From: an uncultured Candidatus Saccharibacteria bacterium
GTDB taxonomy: Bacteria > Patescibacteriota > Minisyncoccia > Phycocordibacterales > UBA9973
Length of the DNA: 64,000 nucleotides
NCBI GenBank assembly: GCA_964646765.1
Contig: CAZYIA010000003.1
Span: 66,815 to 130,814 of the forward strand
Reading direction: 5' to 3'
Positions 57,507-64,000 of this stretch are shown one piece after another; the stretch's first letter is position 1, and each line of letters begins with the position of its first letter. The position numbers and the translations under genes are program-made. The notes below the pieces were generated by a model. That model had not been told where the DNA came from. It worked only from the letters and a program-made list of their open reading frames with translations, and did not search any database.

Positions 57507-58018
57507 ACGCACGCATTCCAGTCGTTAATGAACAAGATGAAGTAATTGGCTACCGTATTCGCCGAGAATTGCAACCTGGCGATATTTTTCGAGTCACTGG
57601 TCTTTGGATTTATGATACCGAAGGTACTATTTTACTAGCTCGTCGAGCGGAAACTAAAGCGCTCCATCCAGGTTTATGGGCCCTTGGCGTTGCCGGGACT
57701 GTTGAAGAAGGGGAAACATATGACAGTAATATCGTGAAAGAAATGGGAGAAGAAATTGGCCTTACAGGTTACACCCCAACGTTCTTAAATAAAGAATTAC
57801 GCGACACTCCAGTGAAGGGGCTTCGTCGGTTTGCTTCGCACTACGCGGTGACTATCCCGCACGATTACCCATTTAAATTAAAGGAAGATGAAGTGGCAGA
57901 AGTTAAATGGTTCACCCCATCTGAAATTGACCAAGCAGTAACCGAGCATCCTGAATTATTTGTGCCAACATTTGTTTTGTACTATAAAGATTTTCTCTAT
58001 GCGGATTCCCATCGTTAA
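57503..58018 (+). CDS. NUDIX hydrolase (IDI/YfcD-like)
   Basis: VVNEQDEVIG, LLARR..K..PGLW, AGTVEEGE...KEMGEEIG. Confidence 0.85.
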   Translation: MNARIPVVNEQDEVIGYRIRRELQPGDIFRVTGLWIYDTEGTILLARRAETKALHPGLWALGVAGTVEEGETYDSNIVKEMGEEIGLTGYTPTFLNKELRDTPVKGLRRFASHYAVTIPHDYPFKLKEDEVAEVKWFTPSEIDQAVTEHPELFVPTFVLYYKDFLYADSHR

Positions 58019-58553
58019 TGAACAAGATGAAATAATTGGAGAGGAGGAGCGCGCAGTCATTCACCGTGATGGTTTACGACATCGGGAGATTCACGTATGG
58101 CTCGTTACTCCTCAAAAAGAATTTATCTTCCAAAAACGAGGTCCTCATCAAGATACCTGGCCCGGATATTTAGACGTTACCGTTGGGGGACATGTTGATA
58201 CTAAAACTGAATCATACGAAGAGTGTGCGAAACGAGAACTGTATGAGGAGACAGGGACGAAACTACCGATTACTCTTATCATAAAGCGTTATTCAGAAAG
58301 TTATGATCCAAATACTCAAACCAAGAACCACGCTTTTCGTGCCGTATTCGGGGCGATTTATACGGGAGCATTACATGATTTAAAAGTTGAAGAGGGTAAT
58401 GGTCAAGGTTTTATAAAATATTCCCTCGAAGAATTGAAATCTCTATCAGAAGAAGATAGAAAGAAATTTATTCCGCGATATTTTACCGAAGCTTATTTTG
58501 ATTTATTTCAGAAAATTATAACTACTCTTTTTAGTCATGAATCTCAAAATTAA
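57999..58553 (+). CDS. NUDIX hydrolase (IDI/YfcD-like)
   Basis: HRDGLRHR, QKR, PGYLD..VGGHV, RELYEETG. Confidence 0.87.
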   Translation: MRIPIVNEQDEIIGEEERAVIHRDGLRHREIHVWLVTPQKEFIFQKRGPHQDTWPGYLDVTVGGHVDTKTESYEECAKRELYEETGTKLPITLIIKRYSESYDPNTQTKNHAFRAVFGAIYTGALHDLKVEEGNGQGFIKYSLEELKSLSEEDRKKFIPRYFTEAYFDLFQKIITTLFSHESQN

Positions 58554-58959
58554 AAAACTGAAACCGGAAGCTAAACTTCCTCGCTATGCGCATCCTGGCG
58601 ATGTTGGTTTGGATTTGTTTGCCATGGAAACAGTAACGATTGCTCCAGGCGAGCACTATCGTTTTTGGCACGGTTTCGCGCTTGAATTTCCAGAAGGTTT
58701 CGCCGCGTGTGTGATGGATAAATCGAGCATTTCAAAAGCAGGGCTTAAAACCATGGGCGGTGTATTTGATGCTGGCTACAGAGGTGAATACAATACACAC
58801 TTAGTAAACCTTGGAAAAGAAGCGTACACATTTGAAGCAGGTGATAAAGTTGCTCAATTAGTTATTTTCCCAGTTGCACAGGCCAACATTGAAGAGGTGA
58901 GTGAGCTCACAGAATCATCTCGTGGTGAGGGAAGCTTTGGTTCCACAGGGAAAAAATAA
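58537..58959 (+). CDS. dut: dUTP pyrophosphatase
   Basis: GDVGLDL, GVFDAGYRGE, GDKVAQL, RGEGSFGSTG. Confidence 0.95.
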   Translation: MNLKIKKLKPEAKLPRYAHPGDVGLDLFAMETVTIAPGEHYRFWHGFALEFPEGFAACVMDKSSISKAGLKTMGGVFDAGYRGEYNTHLVNLGKEAYTFEAGDKVAQLVIFPVAQANIEEVSELTESSRGEGSFGSTGKK

Positions 58960-58980
58960 AAAGTCTGGTACAATTTAGGT

Positions 58981-61900
58981 ATGTCCAGTCTGTGGGGCGT
59001 CCTCGTTAGGTATAAAACACTCGTTGTTACTTTGAGTGTGGTTTTTCTGTATTCCGGAAGTGTCGCTCTTGCTGCAATGACGTATGTTGCACCCGGAGCA
59101 ACCACTGATCCTGCTGGAACTCCTGGGAACTATACTGTTGGCCCGCTTCTCTCTTACGGCTTTACCGCAACTTCGGGTCACAATAATGAAGCTCTCTACA
59201 TTGATGGGTCAGGAAACGTGGCAAGCGATCCGCTGTTCTATCGCTACTCAAGTACTGGTGATTTTGGTGTTGCTGGAAGTTTTGCAACGAATGAAATGGC
59301 CGCACTTAATTTAAATAGCAACAAGCAACAGGCTAGTTTAATGTATCAAAATACCGTAACTGGCGAACGAGCCCAGTATAGTGCAGGTGGCGGCGGATCT
59401 ATTGGTCTTGAGGCATCCTATGAAGACGGGGGGAACATGCTTAATACTTTTGACATGAACGCAAATGCTACGACACTTACCTGGGATCCAGATACTACTG
59501 ATGGTGTAACCACAAAAATTATTCAGTCGCAAAATGGGAGCGCATTTGCTGTTCCAGGAACATTTCTTTTATGGGACGATACAGCAGCAAATATTGAAGG
59601 GGCAATTGGGGTAGCTGATACTACAGCGCTGGGCGGTACACCAGGAACAGCCGCAATGACTAGTCGGAATACTGCAACGGGGAATATTGCTAGTTGGAAT
59701 ACAACCTATGATCCTGGACTCGGTGAAGCAGATGCTTCTGGGAGTGCTCAGAATGGTTCCACAATTGCCGTTATTGATTTAAATAGTACCCATTCAAATT
59801 TTGTTTTTTCAAACGATGGAGGTTCTACCTATTCATTAGTACAAGCTGAGGCAAGCAAGTCCTATATGGGGGTTAATACTGGTATTGCCCTATATCAGGC
59901 CATGATCAACTCATCAGGCAGTTTTAAAGTGAAAGATTCAGTACTCGACCAGCATGTGCTTGAGGCTAATGTTTCCAACTTTCATTTTGCAGTTGGAGAT
60001 CTCGATGAGGCAGTAAATAAAACTATGCTTACTCTCGATGACTTCAGTCGAGCAATTACATTTAGTTACGGTACAGGTACTCACGATTGGTATACATTCC
60101 CAGTTGGTGATGGAAATTCTGGCGAGGTATTAATGACTGACGGGAATGGACAGTTAAGTTGGGGAATCCCAGCAAGTAGCGGTTGGTCTCTTTCGGGTAA
60201 TACCGGAACAACTTATGGAACAAATTTTTTAGGAACAATTGATTCTGAAAATTTGCAGTTTCGAGTAAATAATCAACCATCTGGAATGATCGAGTGGCAG
60301 GGTACTTCTAATACTGGTTTTGGTTATTCAACCCTCACGAGTATTGTTTCGGGAGCTCAAAATGCGGCGTTTGGAATTTCGGCATTACAAAACAATCAGA
60401 ATGGTTTATTTAATTCAGCAATCGGAGCTTTTTCTTTATTCTCAAATACCGATGGTGATGAAAATACTGCAGTTGGTGCATATTCTCTCTATTCAAACCT
60501 TGCGGACTATAACGTTGCGGTAGGTCGATCAGCATTGACCACCAATACAACTGGTTCGAGCAACACAGCTATTGGACATCAAGCAGGGTATTCAATTACA
60601 TCTGGAAGTAATAATACTCTTGTTGGTTTTCATGCTGGTTACAATCAACAGACCGCTTCAAATAATATTGCTATCGGACGAGAAGCATTATTTGGATCCG
60701 GAACTCTCGCGAATAATACAGGAGCTTATAATATTGCAGTGGGATACCATTCTGGATATGCAAACTCTACAGGTAATTACAATCTATTTGCTGGATATAA
60801 TGCTGGTAGTGTAAATGATATAGGTTATGAAAACGTTTTTTTAGGGTATCAATCCGGATCGAATAATAGTAACGGTGGGCAAAATACATTTATAGGGCCT
60901 TCATCGGGTTATGCAAACACCTCGGGAAGTAATAACGTGTTTGTTGGAAATGGGGCTGGAAATGACAACAATAGTGGATTCTTTAATACCTACCTTGGAT
61001 CACAGGCGGGGAATCACACTACTTCTGGCTGGGAAAATACTGCAGTCGGAACATATGCAGGTGCCGCCAATACTACTGGAAAGACGAATATTTACGTAGG
61101 ATATCAGGCTGGTGCAAACGTTACCACCGGTAGTAGTAATATTATTATCGGACATGATATTAACGCTCCTTCTGCAACTACTGATGGCCAACTTTCAATT
61201 GGTAATCTCATTTTTGGTACCAATGTTGATGGTACCGGTACAACCATCTCAACCGGAAATGTTGGTATTGGTTTAAATAATCCGTCATATCGTCTTGATG
61301 TAAAAGCAAACTCTGGAGATGATGTTGCTCGATTCCAAGGTTCAACTGGCTCAGTTGCCTGTACGCTTTCTGGCGCAAACGGAATTATTAACTGTTCATC
61401 AGACCAACGACTAAAGAAAGATATAACATCCTTAGATACGACAACGCTCGGTAAGATTCTTTTACTCAACCCAGTAACATACCACTGGAATCAAGAAGAT
61501 TCTTCAGTAGCTCCTCATGCAGGTTTTATTGCTCAAGAAGTACAACAAGTATTTCCAGAACTTGTTGGGACAGATAAAGATACAGGATATCTCACGCTCT
61601 CTACCGTTGGGATGACGCCGTACATTGTTGAAGCAATTAAAGAAATCAATATGAAGATTAAACCTCTCGAAGATCTTCTATCTCAAGAAAATTCTTTTGC
61701 TGATCTACTGCGTACGTTCTTTGCAACAGCGGAGAATGGTATCGGTGATTTCTTTGCGAGCCGCGGGATGTTTAAAGAATCAATTTGTGTTGATGGAGAA
61801 TGTCTTACGAAAGACGATATTCATGCTCTTCTTCTACAAGCACGTGGAGGAACAACGGTAACTACAACGAACTCGGGAGGAGAGGAAGGAACAAACACTG

Positions 61901-62100
61901 ATAGTGGTAATACCACGGGAACTACTAATGGAGATGGCGGACAAGTCACTCCAACTGATACTGGAGGAACTACAGGAAATGATACTGACGTAACATCCAA
62001 CGATACAAGCTCTTCTGGAGATACTGGAATTTCTTCTGATACAGGTACTACTGGCGATACAGGAGGAGCGTCTCTTGATGGAGGTGAAGTAAGTTCATAG
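58981..62100 (+). CDS. Fibre/adhesin-like protein with N-x-x-x-G repeats and S74 intramolecular chaperone domain
   Basis: About 20 14-aa NxxxGxxAG repeats; GNVGIG; SDQRLKKDI...GFIAQEVQQVFPELV; T/G/D/S tail. Confidence 0.85.
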   Translation: MSSLWGVLVRYKTLVVTLSVVFLYSGSVALAAMTYVAPGATTDPAGTPGNYTVGPLLSYGFTATSGHNNEALYIDGSGNVASDPLFYRYSSTGDFGVAGSFATNEMAALNLNSNKQQASLMYQNTVTGERAQYSAGGGGSIGLEASYEDGGNMLNTFDMNANATTLTWDPDTTDGVTTKIIQSQNGSAFAVPGTFLLWDDTAANIEGAIGVADTTALGGTPGTAAMTSRNTATGNIASWNTTYDPGLGEADASGSAQNGSTIAVIDLNSTHSNFVFSNDGGSTYSLVQAEASKSYMGVNTGIALYQAMINSSGSFKVKDSVLDQHVLEANVSNFHFAVGDLDEAVNKTMLTLDDFSRAITFSYGTGTHDWYTFPVGDGNSGEVLMTDGNGQLSWGIPASSGWSLSGNTGTTYGTNFLGTIDSENLQFRVNNQPSGMIEWQGTSNTGFGYSTLTSIVSGAQNAAFGISALQNNQNGLFNSAIGAFSLFSNTDGDENTAVGAYSLYSNLADYNVAVGRSALTTNTTGSSNTAIGHQAGYSITSGSNNTLVGFHAGYNQQTASNNIAIGREALFGSGTLANNTGAYNIAVGYHSGYANSTGNYNLFAGYNAGSVNDIGYENVFLGYQSGSNNSNGGQNTFIGPSSGYANTSGSNNVFVGNGAGNDNNSGFFNTYLGSQAGNHTTSGWENTAVGTYAGAANTTGKTNIYVGYQAGANVTTGSSNIIIGHDINAPSATTDGQLSIGNLIFGTNVDGTGTTISTGNVGIGLNNPSYRLDVKANSGDDVARFQGSTGSVACTLSGANGIINCSSDQRLKKDITSLDTTTLGKILLLNPVTYHWNQEDSSVAPHAGFIAQEVQQVFPELVGTDKDTGYLTLSTVGMTPYIVEAIKEINMKIKPLEDLLSQENSFADLLRTFFATAENGIGDFFASRGMFKESICVDGECLTKDDIHALLLQARGGTTVTTTNSGGEEGTNTDSGNTTGTTNGDGGQVTPTDTGGTTGNDTDVTSNDTSSSGDTGISSDTGTTGDTGGASLDGGEVSS

Positions 62101-62136
62101 TTCGACAGGGAAGCATCATCCTGTTACTATAATCGC

Positions 62137-63846
62137 GTGCAGGAACAACTCCGAAAATATCTTGAAGAAACCCTTACAACGCTTGCCATTTCTGCAGGTG
62201 ACTTTGTTATTGAGCATCCAGCTGATATGGCTCACGGTGACTACTCAACCAATGTGGCACTAGCGACCGCAAAAAAGGTTGGGAAAAATCCACGTGAACT
62301 TGCCCAAAAAATTACTGAGACGCTTATAGAAAAACAGTATCCGGAAATTAAAGACGTCTCAGTTGCCGGTCCTGGATTCATCAACATCACACTTACTCCA
62401 GAATTTTTCACTAACGCAACTAAAACTATTGTTGATGACGGTGTTACGTGGGGTCATAACAAAAAACTTTCAGGTAAGAAAATTATGGTTGAGTACACGG
62501 ATCCTAATCCGTTTAAACCATTTCATATTGGTCATTTGATGACGAACGCTATTGGCGAATCTCTTGCGCGTATTGTCGAATTTTCTGGTGCAACGACGGT
62601 GCGAGCAAACTACCAAGGTGATGTTGGCCAGCATGTGGCAAAAGCAATCTATGGACTCCAAAAAAATCCAATGCCAGAAGATATCACAACCGTTGCAAAA
62701 CAATCAGAATATATTGGTACTTGCTATGTGAAGGGGAGCGAGGCATACGAGAACGATCCAGAAGCAAAAAAAGAAATTGATCGTATTAACAAAGCAGTGT
62801 ACGAAAAGAGTGATCCGGAAATAAACAAGATGTATGACTGGGGAAGAAAAGTAACTCTCGAAGCGTTCGAAGACCTCTATGTTCTCCTAGGTACCAAGTT
62901 TAATCACTACTTTTTTGAGAGTGACATGGCGAAGAGCGGTACAGCTATTGTTCAAGCGAATGTTCCGAAAGTATTTGAAGAAAGCGATGGCGCTATTGTT
63001 TTTAAGGGAGAAAAGTATGATCCAAAGTTACATACTCGCGTTTTTATCAATGCAGCTGGCTTGCCAACGTATGAAACTAAAGAAATTGGTCTAACGAAAA
63101 CAAAATTTGAGAAGGAGCCTGATCTCGAGAAATCAATCGTTATTACTGCGGTTGAGCAGGGTGAGTACATGAAAGTTGTTACTAAAGCAATTTCACTACT
63201 CTATCCTGATATTGCGCCGCGCATGCAGCATATTACGCACGGCATGATGCGCTGGGCGCACGGGAAGATGAGTTCACGAAAAGGGAATGTGGTTACCGGT
63301 GAATCTCTTATTCATGACTCCTGCGAAATTATTTTTGAGAAAATTAAAGATCGTGAGTTTAGTGAAGAAACTCAGAAACATATTGCTGAGGCTGTTGGTA
63401 TTGGTGCAATTAAATATTCTATTCTTCGTCAGGCAATTGGCGGCGATATTATTTACGATATGGAGAAATCGTTTTCGTTTGAAGGTGATTCTGGCCCGTA
63501 TCTTCAGTATGCAACTGTTCGAGCAAAATCAATTTTAGAAAAAGCAAAAGTTGCTGGCATTACTCCGCTCGCTAAACCTCTCGATTGGCAAGTTACTTCT
63601 CTCGAGCGATACCTCTATCGTTTTCCTGAAGTTGTTGAGCGGGCACTTACAGACTTAGAACCCCATCATATTGCTACGTACTTAATTGAACTTTCAAGTT
63701 TGTTCAATGCTTTTTATGCTAATCACCAAATCATTAATGTGGAAGATGCGCATTCACCGTATAAGGTTGCTTTAACCAACGCTTTTGCCATTACGATGGA
63801 AAATGGTCTCAAACTCCTTGGTATTCGGGTGCCAACAGCAATGTAA
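62137..63846 (+). CDS. argS: Arginine--tRNA ligase
   Basis: HGDYSTN, AGPGFIN, PNPFKPFHIGH, KMSSRKG, GPYLQYA. Confidence 0.97.
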   Translation: MQEQLRKYLEETLTTLAISAGDFVIEHPADMAHGDYSTNVALATAKKVGKNPRELAQKITETLIEKQYPEIKDVSVAGPGFINITLTPEFFTNATKTIVDDGVTWGHNKKLSGKKIMVEYTDPNPFKPFHIGHLMTNAIGESLARIVEFSGATTVRANYQGDVGQHVAKAIYGLQKNPMPEDITTVAKQSEYIGTCYVKGSEAYENDPEAKKEIDRINKAVYEKSDPEINKMYDWGRKVTLEAFEDLYVLLGTKFNHYFFESDMAKSGTAIVQANVPKVFEESDGAIVFKGEKYDPKLHTRVFINAAGLPTYETKEIGLTKTKFEKEPDLEKSIVITAVEQGEYMKVVTKAISLLYPDIAPRMQHITHGMMRWAHGKMSSRKGNVVTGESLIHDSCEIIFEKIKDREFSEETQKHIAEAVGIGAIKYSILRQAIGGDIIYDMEKSFSFEGDSGPYLQYATVRAKSILEKAKVAGITPLAKPLDWQVTSLERYLYRFPEVVERALTDLEPHHIATYLIELSSLFNAFYANHQIINVEDAHSPYKVALTNAFAITMENGLKLLGIRVPTAM

Positions 63847-63928
63847 CAAGGCGTGAGATAGACTCGTTATATGTAGCAGAACAACGTTGTTCGTAAACAG
63901 GTTATGCCTTGTGAGCATAGCCTGTTTC

Positions 63929-63956
63929 TTGCTTTTTTACTCTTACTCCCTATACT
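63929..63956 (+). promoter_or_regulatory. Putative sigma70 promoter for a downstream feature beyond the window
   Basis: TTGCTT-N16-TATACT. Confidence 0.45.
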
Positions 63957-64000
63957 TTAAGAAAGCGATACAGGAGCTATCACTCCTGTGCTCCGGAAAG

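Noticed and set aside
58981-62100. Prophage
   Set aside because: No integrase, terminase, capsid or other phage genes; flanked by housekeeping genes.
63957-64000. Start of an ncRNA (e.g. RNase P RNA) after a promoter-like site
   Set aside because: A hairpin (acaggag/ctcctgt) is visible, but the window ends before any diagnostic motif.
1-64000. Alternative genetic code (TGA=Gly, as in Gracilibacteria)
   Set aside because: Long conserved genes are intact in code 11 and several end at TGA at the expected positions with ATGA overlaps.

Overview
Chromosomal segment of a small-genome bacterium, most likely Patescibacteria/CPR (Parcubacteria-like). This is inferred from gene content, rplK without a following rplA, peptidoglycan-binding surface proteins, a class F sortase and no obvious Shine-Dalgarno use; the standard genetic code fits. 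Housekeeping genes include an RluA-family synthase, rplS, secE-nusG-rplK, argS, a DEAD-box helicase, tRNA-Leu(GAG) and tRNA-His(GTG). Also present are three giant cell-surface proteins, transporters, nrdAB with class Ic (Mn/Fe) signatures, and a dTTP/folate gene cluster (dCMP deaminase, folA, thyA, glyA, tmk, dut, NUDIX). Most interesting signals: (1) a covarying two-hairpin module (AGCA and GACG loops) present three times right after both tRNA genes, interleaved with copies of the cognate tRNA ends; (2) two proteins with Bacteroidota-type T9SS sorting domains in an apparently monoderm CPR genome; (3) a YhhQ-RibD_C-CofE-ATP-grasp operon; (4) pervasive leaderless promoter architecture, with structured leaders on nrdAB and the DEAD-box gene. 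No CRISPR array, integrase or transposase was seen. All family calls are by eye from motifs, not database searches.
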